A stretch of DNA of 64,000 nucleotides from contig NC_135899.1 of NCBI RefSeq assembly GCF_964194155.1, forward strand, positions 46,500,001-46,564,000, written 5' to 3'. Positions 24,169 through 37,004 of this stretch are shown piece by piece. Made by a program: the position numbers and the translations under genes. Each line of letters opens with the position of its first letter. Positions within the stretch are counted from its first letter, which is position 1. Origin of the DNA: Cetorhinus maximus (taxonomy: Eukaryota). The notes under the pieces are model-generated. The model was not told where the DNA came from and did not search any database. It saw nothing but the letters and a program-made list of their open reading frames with translations.

Positions 24169-25880
24169 ATGGCCCCAAGGAACAAAAAGAATGTTGCACA
24201 AAGGTTAGCCATGGCTCCCTGGGGGCTTTAATCAGAGGTGTCTGCCAGCACAGGGATGTACTTTATCCAAGGGATGCATCCAGGAGGTCCACCAAACTCA
24301 TCTCGCCAGCCTGGGGGGAGGACGCAAAAGAGGTCAGCTCCGCGGGCAACCACCAAAGAAATGCGATCCAGTGCAGGAAGAAGATGAAAGATCCCATCCG
24401 CACTGCTACGGTAAGTCAACCTTCAGCTCACTCCAAGCTCACACTCTCATAATGACATTATGCACTCAAAGCATCACACAGCTCAGGGGTCTCACAATAT
24501 TAGCGGCGGGGTGGGGGGGATAACAACATTGAATGGTTCATCACCAGCATTTCACCTATCATGCTGCACAAACAGCATCCTCGGCCCTTACTGGGGAGGG
24601 CTCAGCACACACAGCAGGCATGCATGCTTCCCAATCTCTGCTCCATCCCTTCTCATCACATTCCATTCCATTTGCCTTCATGCAGGCCAAACTGGCCCAC
24701 AACAGGAGGGAGACTGGAGGAGGGATGGCCAACATACTCAAGCTGACCAAATTCGAGGAGGATGCCACCCAGTTGGCAGGGGAGGACAGGGATCACTCCT
24801 GTGATGAGGATGAGATCGGCCTCTCACATCAAACCAGTACGGATGAGGCCTCCATAAATTGATCACATCCTGACATCCCACATGCAATATTGTATTCAGT
24901 CTGCTCATGAACTAAATCTAACTTTTCTCTTTTACAGTCACTAGTAGGCCCAGACAGACCACCAGAGCCAACATAAGCCCTAGTCCCCAGGCCAACTCAG
25001 AGGAGGACGCTGAGGATCCATTCAATGAAGCATTCACTTACACCTCCTACCGGCATAGGGACACACACCTTGGTGGGTGCTAGATCTAGATTTGGCTTGG
25101 GGTCACTTTATGGGGAACACCTCACTGACAGGTCTCCACAGTTGTCGGAGGCAGTGACAGCCCAGGTCTCTGGCACCCAGAGAACTGCTGGAGAACAGGC
25201 ACCTGTTGAGTCTCAGTCAGATGATGGGCCTCTGGAAGCAGTCATTGCTAACATGATGGAGATGCAAAGACGGGCGACGGAACATCAGGCACAGTTGCGA
25301 GAGGCAGCCAACAGACTAGAGCGAAGGATGGAGGAATCTGCCCGTGTTCGGTCTGATGTCATGGCTCCAACATGCGAGCGTCTCAAGGTCTCCATGGGAA
25401 GGGTGGCGGCTGCCTTGGAAACCCCAGTCCAGCAGAACCTGCCGGATTTGTGCTCGGACCTGCACTCCATTGCTATAGTCATTGGTGGGATCCATCAGTG
25501 GTTAGGGGAGAGGGGATGGCGCACCTCAGCTTCACTCCAAGTGCTCCTTCTCCTCAAGGAGTCAGGCAGGGGCCTTCAGATAGCCAAAGGAAGAGGATCA
25601 TCAGCTGGATACCTTGGGGCCATCCATTCAGGTGACTCCGAGAGTGCCCAGCCAACCCTAATCCCCTCTGCCTGTGACCCCATCACCTCCAGCTCCACAG
25701 GCCAAGGAGGGTGCACATGCTTCACAGCAGGAGACCCAAAGCAGGCTGAGGCCCTCCAGCTGCGGGCCTCCAGAGGATGCCTGCCAAGGTCATCACAGAC
25801 AACAGGGCGCCACATTCAGCAGGCTACCTCTACCTCGGTCAGGGATGTACCAAGATAGAGTGGTAGGGTTAGTAAAATTA
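24169..25880 (+). pseudogene. Harbinger Myb/SANT (trihelix) DNA-binding protein, 3 exons (24169-24410, 24686-~24837, 24938-~25880), frameshifted
   Basis: RDVLYP..PAW..VS..RNAIQCRKKMKD|gtaagt; cag|AKLAHNRRETGGG..LTKFEE; coiled-coil-like exon 3. Confidence 0.85.
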
Positions 25881-26639
25881 AGAAAAGTTGAGATCACTTT
25901 TGGGACAAGAGTGTTTACTCACTGTGTATATAATGCACCTTTGTAAGTACATTTGCTGTTCATGTCAATGGTTTCATCATTTGAATGTGTCGTACAGATG
26001 CATCTATGTGCCCTCTTATTGCGAGGGTGACCCAAGCTCCCACTCAGTGAATGCCTCCCTTTCTGAGCCTCAGATTCATGTGGTGTTTAGTGCACTCATG
26101 TAAGTCACTTGTGTAATGTTAGGAAGATGTGTTAAGCTCTTTCCTGAAAGTGTCTGCACATCGAGTTTGGAACCTTACAAGACACCATGGAGTTATGTAT
26201 GCTTATGTGCCTTGGAGGGTTACAAATAAATTTGTTTAATCAACAATGAGCTGTCTTCATTGTTTGTGCCAAAGCACAAGACCTGCAGCCATGATTGTCT
26301 CTCCAACCATGCGTGTAAGAAGTGTCTCATTCAGATGTTCATGACTGCATAATGTGCAGTTAATGCAGAGTTTGTGCTGGAGAGTTGCCTTGCACTTCCC
26401 ACAGCAGCTACATACAGCTTTGGCTGCAGACCTTTCCTAAAACCTTTCCTTATGATCCTTGAGGGTTGCAGGTCCAAGGCCAGATGCGGACTTTGCTCGT
26501 GACCTCACTGGTCGCAAAGGCCTTTCTGAGCAATGGCATGGTACTAAGGGACAGGAGAAATGTGCTTGGTTTCCCTTTGCCTGGAACTTACTCCTCCTGG
26601 AACCTTGTTCCTATCAGTGTGTCATGAGCATGTCTTCTG

Positions 26640-27700
26640 TGTTGTGCTGCTTTGAGGGCATCACCACATGGAAGTTGACCCTCATCACCCCCTTCAGGTT
26701 CCTGCCCTTTCAGGTCTTCATCGTCCAAAGAACTCTCAGCCTCCTGCATGTCTCCATCTGGCAAGTGATCTCCCTTTTGAAGCGCCAGGATGTGAAAGGC
26801 GCATCAGACCATGATTATGTGGGACACCCTCTGTGGAGAGCACTGCAGAGCCCCACCTAAGCGGTTCAAACATCAGAAGTGTATCTTCAGGATGCCAATG
26901 ATGGATCTCGTTACACAGTGTGCCATGTTGTATCTCTCCTCTGAGGCACTTTGAGGATGACGCATGGATGTCATGAGACACCTTTTTAGTGGGTACCCCT
27001 TATCACCCAGCAGCCAACCATGTAAGCACTGCAGCCATTCAAATATCTGAGGCACCTGGGAGTGACTCAAGGTGCAGAAGTCATGGGAACTCCCAGGGTG
27101 CCTGGCACAATCATGCATGATGTGCTTCTGATGATTGCAGACCAGTTGAACGTTGAGGGGGTGGAACCCTTTCATGTCAATGAAAATCAGGGACTGCTGC
27201 CAGGGAGCTCTTAAAGCTACATGTGGGCAATTGATTGTACCCTGCACTTTAGGGCAGCCGGTGGTCACCGCAAATCCCAGAAATCTAGCAGCTTGGCTAG
27301 CTTCATCCATCGTGAACATTATATAATGTTGAGCCTTTCTGTAGAGGACATCTGCCACCTCATCTATACATTTATGTTTTGAGGCCTGAGGGATGCTGCA
27401 TCCCTGTGGATCCCTGGAGCGCGCTGCTTGCAAAAAAATGAGTGCGGCAGTGACCTTCAGGAGCACTAGCAGGGGGTGGCCTCCTAGTCCATGTGGCATC
27501 AGATCCTCCTGCAGAATGTGGCAGATATGATCCACCACATCGCTTGACAAATGTAGACATATGAGGCACTGTCTCACGCTCATCTCCAAATAGGAGAGGC
27601 ATCTTACGGTAGATTTACCCTTGGTTGTGCCAGTCGCATCTGTTGGCCTCCTCAGCCTTTGAATCTTCCTGGGGCTCCCCTGGACAATGGGCCTCAGGCC
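26640..27700 (-). pseudogene. Harbinger DDE transposase (HARBI1-like family), decayed
   Basis: ORF 26873..27589: PKVQGTINCPHV (first catalytic D changed to N), KGFHPLNVQLVCNH, PGSSHD, GWLLGDKGYPL, YNMAH. Confidence 0.9.
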
Positions 27701-27724
27701 AGGGCTTCACTCGAAGCTATGCTA

Positions 27725-28609
27725 GATGGCAACAGGTTGCAGATTGATATAGATATGTTAAGTGAGTGGGCAAAGATCTGGCAAATGGAGTTTTAACATG
27801 GGAGAATGTGAAGTTGACCACTTTGGCAAGAAGAACAAAAAAGCAGAGTATTACTTAAATGGAGGACAGCTGAATAATTCTGAGATGCAGATCTAGGTGT
27901 TCTAATGCATGATTCACAAAAAGTTAGTATGCAGGTACAGCAAGTAATTAAGAAGGCTAATGGAATGCCATCCTTTATTACAAGTGAGATTGAACATAAA
28001 AGTAAGGATGTTATGCTTCAGTTATACAGGGCATTGGTGAGACTGCATCTTGAACACTATGTGCAGTTTTGGTCTCATTTTAAGAAAAGCTGTAAATGCA
28101 TTGGAGGTGGTTTAAAGGAGGTTTACTAGATTGATACCTGGAATAAGTGGGTTGTCTTATGAGGAAAGGTTGAATAGACTGGGCTTGTTGCCACCCAAGT
28201 TCAGAAGAGTGAGGGGTGATCTGATTGAAGTATACAAGATCCTGAACGGCCTTGGCAAGGTGGATGTCAAAAGGATGTTTCCTCTTATGGGTGAGTCCAG
28301 AACTTGAGGCACTGTTTTAAAATTAGGGGCTGCCCTTTTAGGACAGAGATGAAAATAATTTTTTTTTTTTCAGAGGGTTATGTGACTTTGGAACTCTCTG
28401 CCTCAGAAAGTGGGGTGGTGGGGTCATTGAATATTTTTAGGGCAGAGGTAGGTAGATTCTTGTCAGGCAAGGGAATCAAAGATTACCGGGGATAGATGGG
28501 GATGTGGAAATTGAAATACAAGAAGATCGGCCATGATCTTATTGAATGGCGGAGCAGACTTGAGAGGCCGAATGGTCTACTCCTGTTCCTATTTCTTATG
28601 TTCTTATGT
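27725..28609 (+). mobile_element. CR1/HER1-like LINE 3' part
   Basis: QVIKKANGM..LQLYRALVRLHLEHYVQFWS; (ttcttatg)n tail. Confidence 0.9.
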
Positions 28610-29859
28610 CCTCCTCAGTCTGAATATTGCCATCAAGAAGGCAGCATTGAGTGCAGCTTTCATTTTTCAATCCTCCTTCTTCCTGTGGACAGATAGATCC
28701 AAGACATTAATGTAGAATAACCAACTATAGGAGACCTCCCACTCACAGCCAGAAAGCTACTGTCTTGCCCGAGTGCTATGTCTGTGCTACTCACCTTTCC
28801 CTGGTCCAGCCTCGTAGCTGAGGTGCTCCCTCATGGATCTTAGGTGCCTAAGAAGCCACCCCAGCAACTTGACATCTCAATCCCATTGAGGTTGGAAGAG
28901 GCTTGAGCACAGCCTTGCTATGTTCACCCTCACTAAAGATATTCATACAATGCCTGATTTGGTTTAGAGATTAAGCCTACCGTGAACTTTTGGAATGTTT
29001 GGATGCTCTTTGTCCCATTACCCATGTCAATTGGACAATGCACTTTATGGGATTTCATTGATCATCTTGCAGATAACCAGCAGCTGTGCTCCCTTAATGG
29101 CTGGCTGCCTCTTCCCCTCTCACATTCCTCTCACTTTTAAATGCTCAAATTGACCACCTTTAATGTGACCCCAATAACTATTGCAGTCTCGTGTAAAAGC
29201 GCACCATTTGTTATTGCGCTAACTTCTCAATAAAGTGTTCATGAGTTCTATTAGCTGAGCCCTCATCTCCCAGTTGAGAATCTAATAAGTATGAAGATGC
29301 CCCCTGAAAGGGCCCTGAGTCCAGCCGTGGACTCCTCTCACAGTCCCTCAGACCCCTCCCCAGGCAATTTTTTTTTTCAGTTTTATTTTTAAATTGCGTC
29401 ATTGCTTTGGGATCTCAACATGGTGATGCTGCACTTCTACTTCCAGACTGGCTTCGACCCACGCCTCTGTCACTGTTCACATCTCTCCAATCAGCTTGGA
29501 ACACCATGATTTGCATGTAGACCTCCCTCTGGTCTATCCCTGGCCTCCCCCAGTAACCCTGGAGCCCATAATTATTGTTGTGGACTTTCTTGCCCTCCCA
29601 CTGAACCCATCACTGTGGGCGTCCTCATCCATCCCCATCTTGAGGCTGTGTGTACAGTGAGACCCTGGACTTAGCTTTGTGCAGGCTCCTTTGCAATGTG
29701 CTTCTTTCTAGGGCTGCCTGCAGTTCCAGCAGTGGCCTTCACCCCTGGTAGTGATGCTGGGACAAGACAGCTGCTGGCCTTTTGATTGGCTCCGAAGCCA
29801 ATTCCCCCAGCACCACAACCACGAATATGCAAAACCAGCCCTGCTGTTCTGGTGATGCA

Positions 29860-30268
29860 CCCATATGCCAAATAATCAGCTTTGTCTTTTTACAACCTAA
29901 GGATGGAACCCGATCTTGAAGACAGAGAAAACATTTTAAGGACATTCTGAAAGCTATAGTAAAAAGGAGACAGATTGACATCAGTGCATGGGAGGAACTT
30001 GCCACTAACTGTGCCATGCGGTGCTGCAACACAATCAGAAACTGACTGCATAAACTCTGCTGCAGAGAAGTGATGGAAGTGGAAGGAGAGACAGCTTGAG
30101 AACCCACCCTCCCACCTAACTTCACCCCACCGCCCCCGTTCCCTCAGGGGGACTCTTGACCTCTCTGTCTAAAGGCCCCAGGATTGGCCTGCTGAGTCAC
30201 CTGAGTACACACAAATCACAAAGTCTGAGACATGTCAACCTTGTTTTGAGGGACTGACAATGATGACA
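29860..30268 (+). mobile_element. RTE-clade LINE 3' fragment
   Basis: PNNQLCL..RKHFKDILKA-like C-terminus, Cys/His motif remnants and a gatgac tail; similar to 61380-61815. Confidence 0.6.
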
Positions 30269-31268
30269 ATTTGTACGTGGAATAAGGAATAATCTTAGAT
30301 CCCCGATTATGTTCAGCCTTCACTTACCATTAATTTAGTGCTGGCTTGAGTGTTGAGCTGTTAACTATATATGTTCCAGGATTCTTTGTCATTTAAGGTC
30401 TCAGTGTTGTCTCCTCCCTTCAAAACCCTGGGTTGTGCCCCTCTAAAGCAGCACAGCTGAGACTAGGACAGGGCATGAGTGAATTGGAACTGTGCCCCCA
30501 TGGCTTTTTTTAATGACCTGTTTATTAAAACAGATTTAGCTAAGGTGTGATTTTCCTGTTCTATAAAACAGAGCTCTCTTGTTAGTGTGGGTTCATACAT
30601 CATATTCTAACTTCCATGGAAACTGAATCTTGTTCCTTAATGAGGATCAAAAGGATTCTTTGCATATTTTAAATTGTACAATTTGCAAGATTCAACTGAA
30701 CTTTGAATTATATGTTGTTACTTATTGCAAGCAGAAAGTTACAATAGTGAAATACGGAACAGTCAAGATTTTTCAGTACCTCTGGATGGAATTCTCCCAT
30801 GCCCCCGTCGGCAGGATCAATGGCGGGCTGGGGGGAGAATTCGACGGGAGGTCTAAATTCGGTTTCACGTTGGCGTGCAATGACAGCAGGATCTTCTGAC
30901 TGCCTGCCATGGTGGATCGCGATTCCCACTAGAAGCTAGCGCCAAACCGATTTGCCTCCTGCTAATGGGTTGCAGATGAATGCGCGACCGGAATCTTCCC
31001 CCAACACCTGATTTTCCATGATGCCAGCGGGAAAACGCATCGGTCCAGAACATGTCTGGACCAACGTGATGTGCAAAAGTCAGGACTTACCTTATGGGCC
31101 TTGGTCCTCTCCCAGACAGCTAACAAGAAGATGGAGGCCTCCAGCTACCAGGACCTGTAGCAACATGTGCAGCACAGGGTTGGTGGGGTTTCATCCATGT
31201 GGCACCCCCATGAAGCAGCTTCCAGAAGGTGGGAGTTCCCGACGCAGCAACCATGCTCAAGCTTCAGA

Positions 31269-31492
31269 CCTTCTTCCAGAGACCTTGCTATGAGATCGGA
31301 TCTTCTTCCAGAGACTTCACCATGGGATGGAACCCTCTTTCAGGGACTTCACCATGGGATCGGACCTACTTCAGGGACTTTGCCATGAGATAGAATCCTC
31401 TTTCAGGGACTTTGCCATGGGATCGGTCCTACTTCAGGGACTTTGCGATGGGTTGGGACCTTCTTCCAGGGACTTCAGCATGGGATCGGACC
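31269..31492. repeat. 32-bp minisatellite, 7 copies
   Basis: Unit ~ccttcttccagggacttcaccatgggatcgga, in phase at 31269, 31301, 31333... Confidence 0.9.
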
Positions 31493-31526
31493 TTGGGATC
31501 ATCGAGTAATAGAGTTATACAGTAAG

Positions 31527-31745
31527 ATAAAAGCAAAATACTGCGGATGCTGGAAATCTGAAACAAAAACAAAAATACCTGGAAAAACTCAGCAGGTCTG
31601 ACAGCATCTGCGGAGAGGAATACAGTTCACGTTTCGAGTCCATATGACTCTTCATCAGAACTAAGGAAAAATAGAAATGAGGTGAAATATAATCTGGTAG
31701 AGAGGGATGGGACAGGTAGAGCTGGATAGAGGGCCAGTGATAGGT
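31527..31745 (-). mobile_element. Penelope pseudo-LTR
   Basis: Close match to 1808-2057. Confidence 0.9.
31624..31662 (-). ncRNA. Minimal type I hammerhead ribozyme motif (probably inactive, GUG cleavage triplet)
   Basis: AGUU-CUGAUGA-A-GAGUC-AUAUG-GACUC-GAAAC-GUG-AACU. Confidence 0.75.
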
Positions 31746-33772
31746 GGGTGCCTCAATGGTGATGAGAAATGGTGTGGGTGACTGGGGAAGGGGACATGTG
31801 TGGGAGTGCAGGAAGAATGTCATGGTCACCATGCTGTTCTTGTTGAATCTAAGCAGAGTCACGTGTTGCAGGTCCCAAGATGCTGCATGGGAATTGGGTC
31901 AGTGGGTGGGTGGAGATGCAGGTCATCTCAGCTGGACAACTGAAAGGGAACCCCAGCAGGTAGTATTGACAAGGCTACGGGCCTGGGATATGGCACTTTG
32001 ACAGATGTGGGCTCGGCATGTACAGGAGAGTGCTTGTACATGGCCCGCAAAGGCCCTGCCACATACCCTTCTCTGAGCAGACTCACTCGGGGTGGGGTGG
32101 GGGTGGTGGGTGGGTGGGTTGGGGGGTTGGGTGTCCGCAGGAGAGCTGGTAGGTTGGGGGTGTGGCTTTGCTAAGCCTTAAGAACCACAGCGAAACAAGA
32201 TAGTCGACATTATTGCAGTGGAAGTGATTATATTTACAGAACTTATAATTGTGACAATTATTTACACACCTTTGGAACCAGTTGTCATCAAAACTTCTTT
32301 ATTTTCCATGGCCTACTACTTCTCCTAGGTGCAGGGGTGGAGGCAGCCTGCTGACCAATTGCCCTTGTTGCCTTTGATGACCTTCGCGGCCGTCCTGTGG
32401 AGAGCCAAAAGCTTTCTTTGGCTGTTCTCCAGTGGGTCAGCTGCAGGGACAGAAGACAAGGTTGAAGGGGTCACAGGCAAAGCGGATTAGAAGGTCCAGA
32501 CAACCTCTGAGATTCCTGTGTGGATGAACCAGGGATGTCCAGCTGCTGCTCCTCCTCCCTTCAGGAGTCTGAAGGCCCCACTCTGGCTCCTTGAGGGAAA
32601 GGTGCACCTGGAGAGACATTGAGGTGCCCCATCCCCCCAATGCGTGCCACCTACTGTGGTGGAGTGCAGGCCTGCACACATCTCCGGCAGGATCTGCTGG
32701 ACTAGGATCTCCATGGAGTCTGCCAACCTCCCCACGGAGACCTCGATGCGTGCACAGGTCGGCACCACTTCACCAGAGAGCAGGTGGACGGACTCCTCTG
32801 ACTCACGTGCTACCTTGTTGAGGGCCTCCAACTCCCCTGTTTGATATTCCCCCACTGCTTGCTGACTCTCCACCATTAGTTGAAAAGCCGATTCCAGAGG
32901 CAAGTCATCTGACTCAGACCTCGCAGATGCCTCTTTGCCTCTTCCCCAGCACTCCTCCGAGTGCTAATGAGCTCGGCTGACCCTGCCTCCTCCTGCTGCA
33001 GACATGTGTCCGTGCGGTGACCACCAGACTGTAAGACCCTCCCTAAGCTAGAACTAATGCCTACTAAGGTGTGTGTCTCTGGGCTGGGGGAGGGTGCAGG
33101 TGTCAGCTGTGACATTTCTGCACATGAATATCTCTCCTCTTATCCTCTCTCCTGCTCTCCTCTCCAGGTTAGGGCTTCTGCTGAGGACTGACAGAGAGTC
33201 CTCATCCTTGGGCCTTGGCCTCTTCCTGGTGGCACCTGTAAGTGAGAGAGGAGAAAGCAAGTGACAGCATGAGCTGCCTCCAACATGGTGGCACATTTGG
33301 CCTTGGATCCTTACTGGATGGATGCCCAAGTCCAAGCTCCCTATTGCCAATTGTGCAGTCCCACTCCACACCTGCAAGCTGGGTTGCCCTCTCCTTGAAC
33401 TCCGTGAGAGGTCTCAGATGTGGTGCCTCTCTCCTGCCTGTATTTTCCTGTTCTTGATGGTTTTGCCTCATCTTCTCTTGCTCAAAGACAACAGAAAAGA
33501 TGGGTTTGAGAGGAATTGAATGTTATATCCATTTGTACATTACAAATAGACAGCCATTTCTCATACTTCCAATCTTAATGTAACCCACTGTTGTGTGGCC
33601 TGGCATTACTGCTCTACAAGTTGCCCAGAAGGGCAGTGGGCCAGCTCCCTCCAGAGTGCTGAACCCATCCACATGCAAGGGGAAGCTCAGGCAGGCATCG
33701 GATTTACGAAGGTTGCTGGTGCCCTCTTTGCCCAATCCCCCCACCACCTCCATCCCTCTCCCTTACAGTGAT

Positions 33773-36700
33773 TTTATTTTTATTCATTCACGGGATGTGG
33801 GCTTCGCTGGCTAGGCCAGCATTTATTGCCCATCCCTAGCTGCCCTTGAGAAGGTGGTGGTGAGCTGCCTTCTTGAGCTGCTGCAGTCCATGTGGTGTAG
33901 GTACACCCACAGTGCTGTTAGAGAGGGAGTTCCAGGATTTTGACCCAGTGATAGTGAAAGAACGGTGTTATATTTCCAAGTCAGGATGGTGAGTGACTTG
34001 GCGGGGAACTTCCAGGTGATGGTGTTCCCATGCATCTGCTGCCCTTGTCCTTTGAGATGGGAGTGGTCAGGGTTTGGAAGGTGCTGTCCAGGGAGCCTTA
34101 GTGAATTCCTGCAGTGCATCTTGTAGATGGTACACACTGCTGCTACTCTGCGTTGATGGTGGAGGGAGTGAATGTTTGTGGATGTGGTGCCAATCAAGCA
34201 GGCTGCTTTGTCCTGGATGGCATCAGGCTTCTTGAGTGTTGTGGAAGCTGCACTCATCCAGGCAAGTGGTGAGTATTCCATCACTCTCCTGACTTGTGCC
34301 CTGTAGATGGTGGACAGGCTTTGGGAGTCAGAAGGTGAGTTACTCATCACACAATTCCTAGCCTCTGACCTGCTCTTGTAGTCACAGTATTTATATGCTA
34401 GTCCAGTTCAGCTTCTGGTCAATGGTAACCCCCAGGATGCTGATAGAGGGGTTTCAGTGATGGTAATGCCATTGAACATCAAGGGGCGATGATTGGATTC
34501 TCTCTTGTTGGAGCTGGCCATTGCCTGAGGCTTGTGTGGCACAAATGTTACTTGCTACTTGTCAGCCTAAGCCTGGATATTGTCCAGGTCTTGCTGCATT
34601 TGGACATGGGCTGCTTCAGTGTCTGAGGAGTCGCGAATGGTGTTGAACATTGTGCAATCATCAGCAAACATCCCCACTTCTGACCTCATGATGGACGGAA
34701 AGTAATTGATGAAGCAGCTGCAGATGGTTGGGCCTAGGACACTACCCTGTGGAACTCCTGCAGTGATCTCCTGGAGCTGAGATATCTGACCTCAAACAAC
34801 CACAACCATCTTCCTTTGTGCTAGATATGACTCCAACCAGTGGAGAGTTTTCCCCCTAATTCCCATTGACTCCAGTTTTGCTAGGGCTCCTTTATGCCAC
34901 ACTCGGTCAAATGCTACCTTGATGTCAAGGGCAGTCACCCTCACCTCACCTCAGGAGTTCAGCTCTTTTGTCCATTTTTGAACCAAGGCTGTAATGAAGT
35001 CAGAAGCTGAATGGCCCTGGCGGAACCCAAACTGAGCATCAGTGAACAAGGTATTGCTAAGCAAGTGCCGTTGATAGCATTGCTAATGACCCCTTCCATT
35101 ACTTTACTGATGTTCTGGAATAGACAGATGGGGTGGTAATTGGCCAGGTTGGATTTGTCCTGCTTTTTGCGTACAGGGCATACCTGGGCAATTTTCCACA
35201 TCACCGGGTAGCTGCTAGTGTTGTAGTTGTACTGGAACAGCTTGGCTAGGGGCGTGGTAAGTTCTGGAGCACAAGTCTTCAGTACTATTGCCGGAATATT
35301 GTCAGGGCCCATTGCCTTTGCAGTATCTAGTGCCTTCAGCCGTTGCTTGATATCACATGGAATTGAATTGGCTGAAGACTGGCATCTGTGATGCTGGCGA
35401 CCTCCGGAGGAGGCTGAAGTGGATCATCCACTCGTCACTTCTGGCTGAAGATTGTTGTAAATGCTTCAGCCTTATCTTCTGCACTGATGTGCTGGGTTCC
35501 AACATTATTGAGGAAGGGTATATTTTTGGAGCCTCCTCCTCTAGTTAGTTGTTTAATTGTCCATCACCAATCACGACTGGATGTGGCAGGAGTGCAGAGC
35601 TTAGATCTGATCTGTTGGTTGTGGGATTGCTTAGCCCTGTCTATCACTTGCTGCTTATGCTGTTTGGCATGCAAGTTATAGCTTCACCAGGTTGACACTT
35701 CATTTTTAGGTGTGCCTGGTGTTGCTCCTGGCATGCCCTCCTACACTCTTCATTGAACCAGGGTTGATCCCCTGGCTTGATGGCAATGGTAGAGTGTGAG
35801 ATATGCCGGGCCATGAGGCTACAGATTGTGTTCAAGTACAATTCTGCTGTTGCTGATGGCCCACAGCACCTTCTGGATGCCCCGTCTTGAGTTGCTATGC
35901 CTGTTTGAAATCTATCCCATTTAGCATGGTGGTCGTGCCACACAACACAATGGAGGGTATCCTCAAAGTGAAGGTGGGAAGGTGGGACTTCATCTCTACA
36001 ACAACTGTGCGGTGGTTACTTTTATCGATACTGTCATGGACAGATGTATCTGCAGCAGGCAGGTTAGTGAGGATGGGGTCAAGCATTTTCTTCCTCTTGT
36101 TGGTTCCCTCACCACCTGCCGCAGACCCAGTCTAGCAGCTATGTCATTTAGGACTCAGCCAGCTGTGGTGCTACTGAGCCACTCTTGGTGATGGACATTG
36201 AAGTCCCCTACCCAGAGTACATTCTGCACCATTGCCACCCTCAATACTTCCTCCAATTGGTGTTCAACAGGGAGGAGCACTGATTCGTCAGCTGAGGGAG
36301 GGTGGTACATGGTAATCAGAAGGACCTTGCCCATGTTTGACCTGATGCCATGAGACTTATTGAGGTCCGGAGTTAATATTGAGGACTCCCAGGGCAACTC
36401 CCTCCTGACTGTATACCACTGTGCCACTACCTCTGCTGGGATGGTGATGGTGGTGTCTGCGACATTATCTGTAAGGTACGATTCCTGAGGATGACAATGT
36501 GTCAGGCTGTTACTTGACTGCTCCGTGAGACAGCTCTCCCAATTTTGGCACTAGTCTCCAGATGTTAGTAAGGAGGACTTTGCAGGGTTGGCAGGCTGGG
36601 ATTGCCGTTGTTGTTTCCGGTACCTAGGTTGATGCTAGGTGGTCCATCCAGTTTAATTCTTTTTTTGTGACATTGTAGTGGTTTGATACAACTGAGTGGC

Positions 36701-37004
36701 TTGCTAGGCCATTTCAGAGGGCATTTAAGAGTCAACCACATTGTTGTGTGTCTGGAGTCACGTGTAGGCCAGACAGGGTAAGGATGACAGATTTCCTTCC
36801 CTTTAGAGCATTACTGAACCAGATGGGTTTTTACAACAATTGACAATGGTTTCATGGTCATCATAATTCTTTTAATTCCAGATTATTATTGAATTCAAAT
36901 TCCACCATTTGCTTTGGCAGGATTCAAACCCGGGTCCCCAGAGCATTACCCTGGGTCTCTGGATTACTAGTCCAGTGACAATACCACTACGCTATCGTCT
37001 CCCC
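33773..37004 (-). mobile_element. Full-length (~3.2 kb) tRNA-headed APE-RT LINE, decayed single ORF
   Basis: tRNA head, ~430-nt leader, APE (WVGDFNVHH), RT (GPDNIP..NYHPICL..PQGSVLGP..FADD), 3' tail tgaatgaataaaaa. Confidence 0.92.
36915..37004 (-). promoter_or_regulatory. tRNA-derived Pol III internal promoter at the LINE 5' end
   Basis: A box TAGCGTAGTGG (36994-36984), B box GGTTTGAATCC (36930-36920); homologous head at 7160-7238. Confidence 0.8.

Larger units (their letters stand above)
23908..29305. mobile_element. Decayed two-gene PIF/Harbinger transposon (right end uncertain)
   Basis: Left TIR-like agatggaatttt; convergent Myb/SANT and DDE transposase genes; CR1 nested at 27725-28609. 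Confidence 0.8.

Noticed and set aside
26873-27589. Domesticated host HARBI1 gene
   Set aside because: Frameshift-like segments, a catalytic D-to-N change, a LINE insertion upstream and pairing with a Myb gene inside a TE indicate a dead transposon.
31269-31492. CRISPR-like 32-bp repeats
   Set aside because: Units are head-to-tail with no unique spacers, no cas genes, and the context is eukaryotic.
36915-37004. Functional tRNA genes here and at ~38070-38146 and ~53742-53810
   Set aside because: No complete cloverleaf; each continues into a LINE or SINE body.
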